A stretch of 59,548 nt of DNA from Paraphysomonas bandaiensis. Taxonomy: Eukaryota > Protista > Chrysophyceae. The DNA is taken from assembly GCA_965644295.1 (NCBI GenBank), contig CBFFRP010000174.1, forward strand, positions 1-59,548, given 5' to 3'. A program made the position numbers and the translations under genes. Position 1 is the first letter of the stretch, and the number at the start of each line of letters is the position of its first letter. Below the pieces are notes generated by a model. It saw only the letters and a program-made list of their open reading frames with translations. It was not told where the DNA came from and did no database searches. This document shows positions 1 through 13,307 of the stretch, piece by piece.

Positions 1-580
1 CACTTCCGTTCTTTTTGTGTGATATGAAATTCGCCTTTATCGTGTGTCCGTGGACTCACCGGCGCTTTTGATCTGGGGGTCTCCCTTTGGGATGGGTCTC
101 CATTGGTTTTGGAGGGGGCTCAGCATTCTGGATGGGGTCCTGAGTGCACCTAGGTCCGATTTGCTGGGTCCGTCACCGCTGTTGTATCGGAGGAGGAATT
201 CCTTCCCCTGAAGGGCGTGGGAGGGATGGTTGATGGACCTGGCACGGTGGGACTCCTTGCATTGCCCTTGGAATGACATTGCAACACATTTTGGAGACGC
301 ATGATGACGAAGGTCCAGAATTCTCTCGAGTAGCGCGTGTAGTTCCAACTCCACCGGGTATTTGGTGTCCAGGAAGAAGTGATCGTTGGAGCAAAACACA
401 TCATAAGATGGAAGGAGGTGAGTTTGTGGAAGGAAGGAGGAATGGTGGGTGGACCAGTACGCCCAGTAAGGGAGAGGCGATAGTTTGTCTGGGGGTTTTC
501 TAGGAGGAGGTAGAGTGTACTGTGTGTGTGTATGACACTGCAGTGGTGTTATGAGTGTGTTGGACAGTGAGAGAGAGAGC

Positions 581-684
581 TGGTGATGTGTCCAACGGTA
601 CCGGTAGCTCTGAGTACATGGACATGGTGATGTGTCCAACAGTACGGAGCAGACAGGTACATGGACCTTGGTGATGTGTCCAAC
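581..684. repeat. Three 44-bp-period copies of TGGTGATGTGTCCAAC with variable intervening sequence
   Basis: 16-mer at 581, 625 and 669; copies 2 and 3 are preceded by GTACATGGAC. Confidence 0.8.
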
Positions 685-734
685 AGCAGTAGAGGTATAC
701 AAACTTGAACTCACACAGTCGTTAACACCTGATT

Positions 735-1079
735 ATTAGCATTAGGCGTTTAAAAGTTAGAACTAATGTAGCAAAACAATTTAATTAACGAGTGCTTAAC
801 TCTGATATCCTACTATTTGGCACTACCAAAGCTGTTTGTACGTCACCGCAAGCACCAAGGTGCAACCACTTTTGCTCTTTGTCCTTGAGGTGAACAGTCC
901 GGGTGCTTGGCTTCAGCAGGCAGCCCAATACCCCGGATTCCTTTGAGGTAGTCTCATTCCCGGGTGCCTTTGGCTATGAGTGGGCTGAACAATACCTGCT
1001 GACTATATATATATGCGGCTCACGTTAGTTTCCCGGAAAAATATCTTCGGTACCTATCCCCCAGAGCCTTTGTTGAGGG
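735..1079 (-). mobile_element. Structured non-coding repeat family, copy A (internally deleted)
   Basis: Shares ...CAGCAGGCAGCCCAATACCCCGG...GCGGCTCACGTTAGTTTCCCGG...TTTGTTGAGGG with copies at 26.6-27.0 kb and 50.5-50.8 kb. Confidence 0.85.
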
Positions 1080-1744
1080 AACTCACAAAAAGTAAACAAT
1101 TAGTAAAATTATAACCAACATCATCTTATCTCACATCATTCATTGATATTTGCTACAATTATATTATTATCTCAAGTACAAATCAATATTATTAGACCTT
1201 TGATATATATAGTAGATAGACACGATCTATTCTTCCTATTATTAACTACTGTATTCTACACGCAACTGTCATCACTCAAATACCTTAGAAATACAGCATT
1301 TAATTCAAACTCAACAGCAAAACTCAACACACTCTCTCAATTTTAACCTGCTGTACATAGAATCTTCACATCATGAAACGAACTGACAGATACGCAACCA
1401 CCAAAAACCGGAAAGTACAAACTGGTGGACGAGTGACTCCGACATTTCAGCTAGCTCCACCACTGGCAACTCATTTATGGTCATTATGGCCGTGTGTATG
1501 AATTTCTCTAATGAACTCCACCAATAATTTCTAAATTTTACCTAGACAACTCTTTCTGCACATCTCATGTCACACCACGCAATGATTTCGAAATTTATCT
1601 GCAGTGTCTGATCATCAGTCCCAACATGATACTATTACAATAATATATTGGAGAGTTGAATGGTCTATTTGGATCAACATGTATGTATGTTCTCTCACCC
1701 AGTGCTATTTTTGTGATTATTTAGAAAATTTAAATACATCCGAT

Positions 1745-1925
1745 TGAGCGGTATGAGTACCGCATATATTTATCCTGGAAACTAACGTGAGCCGCATACA
1801 TAGTCAGCAGAAAATTTTCTGTCCCCCATAAGGGCTTGTGTGGTACATGGGGGACACCAATTGAGCGGTAAAAGTACCGCATATACTTCTGCTTTTTCTG
1901 CCCAGAAGGGCTTGTGTGGTACATT
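1745..1925 (+). mobile_element. Same repeat family, copy B (variant, partial tandem)
   Basis: GGAAACTAACGTGAGCCGCATACATAGTCAGCAG core; TTGAGCGGTA..GTACCGCATATA and GGGCTTGTGTGGTACAT each occur twice. Confidence 0.75.
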
Positions 1926-2413
1926 CACTAATAATCTAATAATTCTTCTGTCAGAGTTTTCGTATTAGTCAGAAAAAGTACGTATACAGTGATAGAAGAG
2001 TAGAGAGTGGTTATAAGAATTCTCTAAATATTACAATGGCTATATTAAACACTCAAAATAGAAAATAGTATTAGACTACGAGGATTAGGTTGTAAGAATA
2101 TTGAGACCGTTTTATATTTAGCTGACAAAAACGCAGCTATGGCACACAGTCTGTGCCTCCAACTTTACAATGCGATATCATCGTCAATACAGGTATGGTG
2201 AGTTGATTTCTCACAATGCAAAGCATAAATATGACCAATTGCTCGAGTAAATATACTTCAGCTTAAAATATACAGCAATAATATAGTTCGAGTGTATAGA
2301 CGACAATGTAAGAACGACAGCTACACATAACCAAGGTACAACTACATTCTACATGCTGCTAACTTCCAATCTCTACATGTCCGCCACAACAGATACTAAT
2401 GCTTTAAACATAT

Positions 2414-5400
2414 CTACACAGAGGGACATCGAATACCAAATCTAAAGTCTTCTGGCAAATACGTGACTGCAAAGTTATGATCCAAAGCCGCTGATATTTG
2501 ATGCTTCAAGAGTCCACGCGTACCATCGCGTAGGTGATGCATAATGAATGAATGAAATGGAGTCATCTCTGGGTTACATAGAGAAGAACCGTCGCCCAGA
2601 CAAAAGAACAAATCCTTCTTATTCTTCAGCCAGTGCTCACTCACCACGTGCCTACACACGATTACAAAAATACCAAGTATAAATACCATAGTCTTACTGA
2701 ATCACTCCGTATTCTATCAGCATGTTTCCGTAAGCAATCGCATCGATGGCAGATTTACCCGCACAGCAATTCTCCTTGATACACTCCACAGCATCACTGG
2801 ACACAAAACGACTACATGTTAAGGTTCATGCCAATACAAATATCCCTACAGTACCAGGCCAGAAAGACATTTTTATAGGTCCTGAAGTGATACAAACGAT
2901 CTTTAATCTCTACATTCGACAATATTGCACTTCTCGCACGAACTAGCTCTACAATAACTCTATCAAACACATAGTATTCGTATACTAGGTAAATATACCT
3001 TCTTCAGATAGAGGGTCGTCCCCGTAGAACTCAAGCAGTGATGTCTTGATAGGCGACACAACCTTGACACAGCTAATTCATCAAGTTGCGAAACAATAAA
3101 GCTACCACTTACCGTTGTGTGGGGTACAGAGGCCGCATCCCATGTCGTAGAATCAGATTCAGCTAACGCGGCAGCTACCCCCCACTCAGAGGAATCATCG
3201 TCAGTGTGTCGTAAAGCAGCTCGTGCAGGGGAACTTGGGAAAGACGGCTTCACATAAGCGGTGCTCCTCTTTGGTGCTTGCACAGAATTTACTGTACTCG
3301 TGGGATCAGGAGGACTGAAAAGATTCCCTAACCGCACATGTAGAGATATTCTCGATCTACTGCTGTCTGAGGATGTTAGTCGAGCAGAAACTGGAAAGCC
3401 ACTAGCCGAAGACTGCACTGATGCCCTATCCGCTTCACTAAGTGCAGCAGCAGAGGATTTTTCAGTGACCGAATAGTCCTCAGACTCCCTAACATCGTAA
3501 GTAGACTCTACAATATGAGCGGAGCCCATAACGCTCCAATCTCGCTTCCACATCATTATGTCTCTCTCGTGTCGGCGTAAAAATTTAGGAACATACACCT
3601 TGGAATTACCCGGAGTGCATTTAATGGTTGAGCTCAAGTAGTTACACATTAGGTTGTACAACTCCTGTATGATGTTTCTATCGCTAGAGTACGTGTACAT
3701 CATGCTACCAGACCGATGAGGCAAGCTCAGTGCCAAAAGTGAGCGCACATCCACATCCCGGGGAAGCAGAGATGACGAGTGCTTGATCTCCGATCGATTA
3801 GGTATTGGTACCTAGTACTATGTGAAATAAAAACATACACAGTACAATACTCACATGACTGCCTGGAACTGTGGGAAAGCAGATACTTGACAAACCAGAC
3901 CGCAGCAAGGCGTACTCAATTTGAAGGAGGGATATCTGTGTACCCCCGATATCATATCTTGCCAGCTGCTGCCACCTGACTCTCCCCGCTCTGTCCCTTA
4001 CATTCGGCCACGGTAGCATGATAGCAGCATGAAGAGATATCAGATTATAGAGGTTGATTATAAAGGAGGTCTTTTCAAAATCAGTGCATTTTTTGAGCGT
4101 CTTCAAATCTGCATCTTTTAGTTTCGAGAGCGCCACGCACATCTGAGAAAACGCTGTGGTGCACGATACTACTCGCCTAATTCTCCACTGGTTGACCCAC
4201 AGTCCACAGAGATAAGGCGCATATCCTCCGTCCTTCCCCTCACCGAACACATCAGATGTTGCGGCAGTAGACATGGAGTCCAAGATTCCTACAGCTCTAC
4301 CCTCAAGGAACTCCGTAGGATCGGGTTCATTATCAGCAAATGAGCTTTCCAGTCCAAACCCCCCCACATGCTGCACTAAAAGCATGAGTCTCTCGAGGAC
4401 AACTCGTACAAACATCGATGGATTTCGGTCAGTGGGAAGCTCAAGCGAGAATGATGCACCAGAATCTGACAAAACGTCATAAACAAATGAAACAGCTGCA
4501 ATACTCACCATTACTTTCAACAATGGGCACTGTATTCAGTCCCACAGCATCCGAGATTCTATCTGCATTCGCAGTTTGCTCTATAACAGCAAGCTGTTCC
4601 CGCCAGTTCTCATCTAGAAAATTAAGTGGCGGTGCATCAGGTGGGAGGACCATGCCGTCTGAGGCCAAGTACAAGTCACATCGCATTGCACCGAACTTCC
4701 TTCTGTTCTGCCAGCTCGCCTCATCAGTAGTTACAGTTTTGCACTCTAACGACGCGTTCTTGTCAGGTACTCCTTCGAAATCTGTGTATAAAACATCGTA
4801 TCCATGACTGCTTTCATATAAATCAGACTCCTAGGGATACGTAAGGCATATACATCAATCAAGGAAATAGAGGAATACCAGAAAGGCGTCAATCACTACT
4901 GGTCGGGGTTGAAGAGCGCATATCTTCTTTATAAAGACGTCTAGCAAGTTAACAATCTCCGACTGTCACACTGTCAACATTCTGTGAACGCATGATGAAA
5001 CAGACACACCTTTGATCGTGAAATAGTCTTCGTTTCGCCAGTGTAATTTGCGCTGACCTCTCTTTCAGTTTCCACACATACCTTTTTGGTTGCAGAGAAG
5101 AATTCTTCATTGGGGTACTTATCACATGGTAACTTCAACAACGCAATATGAAGTGCACGAAATTGCTTGAAACGCTTTTTGACAACACGTCTTGAGCACA
5201 GAGGTGTATCAGTACTCTCTCGTAGGTCATCACTTGTAGCAGCGTCGCTGGTACTATGTTTAACTTCTACCAGAAAGAACATTTTATCTTTGCTATTTTT
5301 CAGGGGAACCCCCTCCACCCATCCTTTCACTGCGACTTCAGCACGTGCACGTGGTGCAAGGTTCTCAAGATTTGAAAGTCCTTGAGAACCTGTTCCTACG

Positions 5401-7184
5401 CAAGTCCCTCTCTCCTCTACACTTGCTGTGACCGATTGTGATGCGACGTCCTCTCCTTTTCCAGGAAGAACAATCGGCCTACCAAACCCTGCTACAGACC
5501 CTTTCTGGGGACCACCATCTTCTTTGGTGAGTGACGCAGCTACTCCTGGAGTCGAAGAAGATCTAGCGAATGAATCTTCACTCAAGAACAGACACACCAT
5601 CTTCCCTATGAAATGTCGAAACCTTTAGGAAACCAGTGGGTCACGGGATACAGACTTACCTGCAACAGGGTGTCCTGCAATATGAGCAAGATATTGTTCC
5701 ATATCTCTCGCGTGTTTGTCATGGCTGCATATGATAAAATAGTCTACGATGAAAGAGATTACGATAAAAGGAGAGATTACGCACCTGACAGATACGTCAT
5801 CACTTGCGACAGTAGATTTGTCAGGTAGTGGCACCGGAGGGACTGTCAGATGGGGAAATTCGCAGCTTATCTTCTCACTTAGGAAGACAATTTCATCCAG
5901 TCGCTTCGTGAGAAGCTTACCACCCTTAGAATCATTGCTGCTTCCTCCACTTTCACCCTTCGACCAACTTATTTTATATATAGCAATAGCTGTCCCATTT
6001 AAATCAAAGTACTCCCAGTCCAGTACCCTGACGTCAACAAACCCTGGCAACAGCTTCAATTGATCCCGTAGATTCAGACTCCTGCCATGGAGGCAATCAA
6101 ATTCGCAATTCGCATTCAGGCACCATACCTGGAGCTTCCTATCCGTCTAGAGGTACGCACGCCAGCAGAATGCCCACTCTCCTGTTGGTCACTACGCTCT
6201 GATAGTTGTCTCTCTATCCCTTGAGTGTCTACCAAACTGTTACCACCTGCAAACAGATCCGTGCTACTAGCAACACTCTCACTTAGAATACCCCCCACAG
6301 CCCCGGCCCCGACAGATGTAATTGTCGTGCTGTCCTCACTTACCATCCTCTGTGGATATAACAAAGCTCCATTAGATGTAGCTGTATTCCGTTGATGATG
6401 TTTCACAAAAAGGGATTCTAGTAACTCTGGGTTTACTTCCTCATTAGTGGAAGCAAATCCACTCCTTGTTCTTGACTGTGGCCTCCCCTTGGAACCGCCC
6501 AGTTGCTTCCTTTTAATCCCCCTATTTGCACCCTCGATGTCATCATCCTCTTCCCTGCCAAGAAGGGGGGAGCACAGCGGGATCTTGCCTTCGGCATGCC
6601 TGACAAATTACATGCATTACAGCACAAAACATAAAAAGATTCAGAAGCACTCACCTTACAAACTGACTTGTGGCGACACATAAAAACGCTATTGTGACAA
6701 TAAAATAAACAATAAGCGCAGATGATGTTACGATATTGATTCTTCCAATTCCATAGTGTACACAATTCATGCCAGCAGTGGCAACTTGAAAGCATCCCCA
6801 TCCCAATGAGCCATAAGGAAATATCACATCCCAAAGTTTCATTTTCCATCCAGCTAAAAGTAAAATGCTCCATCCGCACATCCGGAATATCAAACTCAAA
6901 TAAAAAGCAGGTGCATTGCATCCCTCAGCGCCAAACACAACACCAGACACCAACACAGCAACACTCAATACTAAAGACGATCCACATATACCGATAAAGG
7001 TAACTGTGAATCCATCCTGAGGATCGTCCCTCTTCTTAGACGAACCATCTCTCTCTCTCCAGGTGCTCCTGAGGACATACAGAGCCAACCATAACACACC
7101 AAGCGCACTGACTGCGAATCCACCGCATGTACCGAACTCCCCTATCCTCTCACCTCTCGGACCACTAGAACTACAGAACAACAT
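2414..7184 (-). CDS. Multi-exon protein: N-terminal transmembrane region, two PX-like domains, DUF547, DEP domain
   Basis: ORF pieces join across GT-AG introns (e.g. ~6602-6654, ~6083-6128). PX-like motifs LTKRLDEIVFLSEKI..PPVP and VKKRFKQFRALH; DUF547 motifs SFIINLYNLISLH and YDIGGTQISLLQIEYALLR; DEP motif IKDRLYHFRTYKNVF..AIAYGNMLIEYGVIQHVVSEH. Start codon uncertain. Confidence 0.75.
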
Positions 7185-7361
7185 ACGGATATCTGCTGCA
7201 CAGGGAGAGATACACACTATCAGTTGGGTGCTTATGACATCACCACATCGATTCCACTCCTCTCTGATACAATGAAGAATATTCCACTCTAGGTATACAC
7301 ACACTTCCACTTCACTTCTACTACTACAACAACACAACACACCACTTACACAACCCAACAA

Positions 7362-7552
7362 ACATACATACATACATACATACATACATACATACATACA
7401 TACATACATACCTACCTACCTACCTACCTACCTACCTACCTACCTACCTACCTACCTACCTACATACATACATACATACATACATACATACATACATACA
7501 TACATACCTACCTACATACATACATACATACATACACATACACATACACACA
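7362..7552. repeat. Compound microsatellite (TACA)n/(TACC)n
   Basis: Directly visible tetranucleotide arrays. Confidence 0.97.
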
Positions 7553-7900
7553 TGCACGGTATGAAGCAACTGTCATTTCTCTATCACTTACATTCCATTT
7601 ATCGGATTCATATCAAACTCATATCAGTGTGAGTCAATGGATGAATCTATCTGTATAAAGTATATGCGGGTGTTTGATATAAGTGGCTGTTAGTTGTTTG
7701 GAGGTGAGGTTGTGTGTTGTGTACGGTGTCTCTGTTCATAAGTAGCGTATCATATATATGTATGTATGTATGTGTATGTATATGCACTGTATGAACTGGT
7801 GTTTAATTGAGACTATAGTTACTGTAAGGTCTTCTCACTGCGCTGGAGATTACTCGAACACCGCTCACAGGATCACCTGTGCTGTAGTGGTAGTCTGACT

Positions 7901-10066
7901 ATGATGTTTTTGAAACGCAAGAAGGAGGCTGCATTCACCAACTGGGTGACTAAGCCTGATGGTACACTTGTGCAGAGTGCTGTTAAGGTATATGTGGGTG
8001 AAAACGATGAGGGTGTCTATGAAATCGAAGTATCGAATGACAAAATTGGTATTGAGCTCGAAACCGATTTTAGTGGTAAACACACTATTGTGAAATCAGT
8101 CAATTGCGACTCCAGGTATTTAATGCTATGGAGGAATCAAGTGTGTACAGTGATATACTATGTAGCAATGCCGCTATAAAGACGACAGTAGCTGAAGGGC
8201 ATATACTGGTTGCTGTAAACAATCATATTGTCCTCAATGACGAATTTGATGACATAATCTCATACTTGGTTATGTTAAAGTGAGTAGTGCAGGCAAAATG
8301 TCGATCTTACTATTCTTACACTGAACGCTTAAATTATAGGGAGAGTGGAATTCCCAAGAAGATGAAATTTTTGGACCCACTTAAATGTCCGTTGGCCGTA
8401 TACGAAGAGAAGCTTTCTCTGCAGACCAAGTCCGAGAGAGATGTGTATGGGTACCTGAGATCGGTAGAATATCTTAAACTCGAGCGAGAACATTTATTGG
8501 TCAATTCACGGGCGTCTCTGAGTAGAGATAAGGACTGGGTTGCCTTTTTGAAATCTGTTGGTGGGCCTGAAGGGCTAAAACCATCAGGCAACTACCGCCC
8601 CAGTAATGCGTTGAAGTTACTAGTGCGCCGGGGTGTCCCAGCCGCATTTCGTCCTGTCGTATGGAAGCACACAAGCCTCTCCCATGTCTACCGCACCTTC
8701 TACCCGCAGAATTACTACAGCTCCCTCGTGGAAATGATTCCCCATAAACTAAATGCACGAGTGCGGGATGATATCGACAAGGATTTACTCAGGTTTTTCA
8801 CCCCTCATCACTTGAATCTACCTAATCACTTTGCGTAGGACTTTTCCTGACCATGAATATTTTAGTAGTGGAAAAGGCTTGCGCTCTTTACAGCGAGTCC
8901 TTTGTGCTTACGCTCTGCATAATCCGGCCGTCGAGTACTGCCAGTCCCTCAACTTCGTGGCCGGTACGGTTTTACTATATCTGGAAGAGGAAGATGGATT
9001 CTGGCTATTCTCCACTGTGCTAGATTGTCTTCTTCCTGTGGACCAGTATACGCGCACAATGATCGGTACATACGTGGACCAGAGGGTATTTGACTTTATT
9101 GTCGCGACTAGATTCCCGGCGCTACAGAAAAAATTAGATGAGTTCCAACTGCAACTATCACTAGTGTCAGTGCAGTGGTTTATGTGTTTATTTGTCAACA
9201 CTCTGCGACCTGAAGTAGCTTTACGTGTGTGGGATGTGTTCTTGAATGAAGGTGATAAGGTTCTCTTTCGAATTGCTGTTGCTCTACTACACTTGCACCT
9301 GGCAGATTTGCTCGCAGCGGAAAACGCCTCAGACTTTTATGCAAGGTCAGCTGACTTTACGATCGTATGATACTGTGCCTGTGTATGACCGTCCCCTTAT
9401 AATTTTATGTAGATTGAAACGTGTTGGAGCGGCAATAATTAATCCTGATATACTACTGGCAGCTGCATACAAAGACTTTGACCCATGGTATAACCCACAG
9501 ACACCTGCACGACGTTCCTCTCTCTTTTCAAGGCGACCTCTCCTGCACCAAGTCCCGGCTCCTCTAGAGGGCATAGGTACGAATGTTGTGTGGCGTGCTT
9601 ATATTCGTCGTATCTGTTACCTCCTCTATGCTATGGGTTTGATGTGTAAATAGGGTTAGCACATGTGGGTCCCTCAAAATGTGTTACGCCACCAGTTGCT
9701 GATATACAACTACCACAGCAGCAGGACAGAAATGCTAATGAATTAGACACTGGACTACGCCCTGTGAGAAATTTATGGCAACGCAGCAAAGCTAGTAGTA
9801 TCGCTGATAGCGTCACCAGTAGGAGGGTATCGAGGATGGACCGTGACTATTATCGGTCGTTCAAACGAGAGGACATTGATAATTGGCGGCGTAAGTTCCG
9901 TCCTGAGATAGAAGAGTCAATGGCAAGTCTGGCGAGGACTAGACAGGCATATTTAAAAAAGAATAGTGAAGAAGAGGACACTATAGATCACCCTATGCCT
10001 TCCAGTAACGAAGATGACGAAACTGATACATGTAGAAGAGATTCTGATAATACCTCGACGTCATAA
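7901..10066 (+). CDS. TBC-domain Rab GTPase-activating protein with N-terminal PDZ-like domain (multi-exon)
   Basis: LVRRGVPAAFRPVVW, IDKDLLR|TFP, YCQSLNFVAG, WFMCLF, LRVWDVFLNEG; N-terminal KIGIELETD..TIVKSV. Confidence 0.92.
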
Positions 10067-10639
10067 TTTTTCTCGATGTTGTACATTTACTAGTTAATAT
10101 ACATGTGTACAGACCCTAACATTAGGACATAGAGATGTTTTTCTTATTTTAGAATCATTCAATTATCGTTTCTTAAGTAAAGAGTGATATAGGTGGGAAC
10201 TATAGAAGGTGACTAGCTATGGGTCGCTGGAAGGTGCTTCGTAGCTTTTTTTCAACTCACCTCTGGTAGATTTACACGCTACTCAATCATCACCAAGTAG
10301 TACTGATCAGGGATGCATAACAATTATTTTATTTCATTAATTATTAAGTATCAATAATTGAAATTGATATAGCAATTACTATTCTTTGGAATTATAATAT
10401 TATAATTGACTACAACCTGCTTCAATTAGTTGCAATTGACAGGAATATTTTAAAAGTATATTGTTACTACACGTAACTGTAAGCGGTACAAACTCCTAAC
10501 TGCAGATAGCTAGTTATAAGTGTTCAAACTTACTCTAAAACTGTTAGCGTGTGTTCATTCTAAATCTGAGATAGCATTCGCTGGGCTTCTGAAAAAACTC
10601 TCTGACATGAACCAAAGAGCCCTGCATTGCTGTTTTTGA

Positions 10640-10825
10640 AACCACTTTTGCTCTATCACTCAAAGCAAATGCAGTGAGCAAGCAGAATGGTGATATACCT
10701 GACATCTGCTGACTTCAGGATTTTTGGGTGCTTGAGGTGAACGGCCCGGATGCTTGACTTCAGCAGGCAGCCCAATACCCCGGTTACTTATGAGGTGGGC
10801 CCAGTCCCGGTGAGCCCATTCCCGT
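10640..10825 (-). mobile_element. Same repeat family, copy C (middle segment only)
   Basis: AACCACTTTTGCTCTATCACTCAAAGCAAATGCAGTGAGCAAGCAGAATG...CAGCAGGCAGCCCAATACCCCGG. Confidence 0.85.
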
Positions 10826-11818
10826 TACAGCAATGAATGTTACTGAACAATGCTACAAATTCTTGGTCCAGAAGTGAGGTCGCGATATATAGCGAGTACG
10901 TTGATTTTCATAGCATTTGAACATTTTTTTCTCTCTCGGAAGTTGTCCGAAAAGAATGACAAAAGGGGTTCAAAAAGGCCTGTTTGCCAGATCTCTCCAT
11001 TTGGTCATTCATTGCTCTAATTTATAATATACATCACCCCAACCTTTTAGATCATCTTCCTGTATCATTCATCTTGCACTGTGTCAAAGGATTATCGCCA
11101 AAGAGCTCTTTGCTTCAATATGGAAGATGTTGAAGATGGCCCTGCTTTGCTTGCTATCTCAGAGTGTCTAATGGACTTTTCTGAACTTTATAGTATAAAA
11201 TTGCTCACGTTTTCCCATAATGGAAAACAGTCTTGTGCGTTTAATGAGATTTTTTCTTTTCTCACTGCCATTTTCTTCAAGTCTGCTCATGAGAATATCC
11301 CTTGCTTGGAGCCGAAACATGCATGTCTATCTTCTGTATATCTACTAACGTATACAGGGGGTGGTTGTGCTGATCGATATATTGTTGAAAAGTCACTTTT
11401 CATTTAAAAAATAAGGACTTTGCAATGAAAAAAACGATGACCAAATCCCTCCATGTATCCAGATATATTTATTGCAGTGTTATACAGACAGCACCAGCAC
11501 CACAATGTGTCCAATCAAATCATAGTTCGAAAATATACAAAAATGAAAAGAACAATACCTCTTGAAGATACTACCCCTCCAAACACCTCGGACTGAAGTG
11601 GCACAGTGTCTCCTCAAAATATTGCTTTGATATTGCTGTTTGTCTTTACGTTAATCTCATATAATAATACAGTCACAGCTTGAAGGGATCAAAGGATTCA
11701 AATCTGGCCACACGGCTAAGTATAAGAAGGGTACAAACATATTATCGATCTACTTCTAGAAGTAATTCTAATGTACTCTGTTTTATTGATGTTATAGTAG
11801 TCACCGGCTGTTCAATAG

Positions 11819-13307
11819 ATGAACGATTCAGAGCAGTTACGGGTGTATTATGAGGGTGTTGTGAAGCAGAATCCCAGTAACACAGACGCTGTTCACTATC
11901 TCGCCGTATGGCATCTAGAGCGACACAGTTTCCAACAGGTGTGTTGTTAGTGTGTTGCTGTGTGTCTCCAGTGAATGAGTGTCTTATCAGGCAAGGAAGT
12001 ATTTCGGCCATCTTGCTACTCTGCGACATGAGGATGCAGATGTATGGCTATGTCTCAGCGTCTGCTGTGCAATGGCAGAGGAATTCGATGAGTGTTCTAC
12101 TGCTCTTAAGCGAGCCACAAATTTAATAGAAAAAGATGATGTGCGGATCAAATTCTGTCAAGGTGTGTATGTTGTGTTACTTTAGATTAGTGCTCACATG
12201 GATCCTACAGCTCTAATGTTCGAGAAAAAAAAGGACTTTACATCGGCCATGGAAGGCTACATGCAGTGTTTAGCAGAATGCGGAGCCGTGGCTGAGGAGG
12301 CCACTGCTTTCGAGAAGGATGTGCAGAGTGGGGAGGTAGATGGTGCAGGGGAAGAGGCGGAGGCCCAGCGGAAGAGGTTTGAGTTCATGAAGGAGCTCAG
12401 TGGTGAAGTAATGTTACGAATAGCTGTGCTACGAAAAGAAATGGGCGCACTTGATCAGTCAATGCAAATGTGTAACAAAGTGTCCACAGAAAACTTCAGC
12501 GATTCCATCAGGGCCAATGCCCTTTGTCTTAAAGGTCTACTGCATGAGATGCGCGCTGAGTTTCCCTCCTCAGAGGTAGTTTACCGCTCCGCTCTACAGA
12601 TCATGGGTGGTCATAGCACTGCTCTGGAACGTCTTGGTCGAGTTTACCTGCGATACAGAGAAACAATTCCTGCGGCAGTACAATGTTTCTTCAAGAGTGT
12701 GGAGACGAACCCGTCCAATCACGTGGCCTGGTACCTCTTGGGAAGATGCTACATGGCCACTGCGCAGTATTCTGATGCCTGCGAAGCATACAACAGAGCC
12801 ATCAATTTGTGTCCAAATGATCCACAGGTCTGGTGCTCTTTGGGGGTGCTTTATTATGCGTTTGGGCAGTACAGAGAGGCTCTTGGAATGTTGTCGCGTG
12901 CCCTCAAACTTGACGCCACTATGGCTGATGCCTGGTATAATGTGGGTGCATTGTATGATATGTGTGACCAGCCAGAGGATGCCCAACAAGCGTATATGAA
13001 AGCAAGAGAGAACGGTTTGGCTGACAGATTTGCAAGAGCAGGAATGGGACTTAACCCCCTTGCCATGCAAAATATGCAGCCTCAACAGCACCAACAACAG
13101 CAATATGCGCCCTCCAATCAGCAACAACCTATGAGTCGTCAGCAGCACTCAGGTGATCATCATCAACATAGTCAGCACCACGAGGATGGAGGGATGGGCA
13201 TTATGCATCAACAGGATCATAACCAACAGCACGATATGGTAGACGATGAGGTCGCCCGGTACATGACTGTAGAGGGAGACGGGGGGGACGAACCCTTTAG
13301 CCACTAA
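11819..13307 (+). CDS. TPR protein similar to Cyc8/Ssn6 corepressor, with Q/H-rich tail (multi-exon)
   Basis: AWYLLGRCYM, VWCSLGVLYY..QYREAL..LSRALKL and AWYNVGALYDMC match the Ssn6/UTX-type TPR array; an upstream exon is possible. Confidence 0.8.

Noticed and set aside
581-684. CRISPR array
   Set aside because: Only three short units, partly similar spacers, eukaryotic context and no cas genes
37-714. 225-aa minus-strand ORF
   Set aside because: No recognisable motif, and its first half spans repeat and promoter-like DNA. It may contain a real first exon (GTGAGT near 59), but I cannot support a call
6651-7409. ORF start MYVCMYVC...
   Set aside because: Translation of the (TACA)n microsatellite; only the downstream part is exon
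11081-11407. 108-aa ORF
   Set aside because: GTG start, no motif and no clear splice link to neighbours
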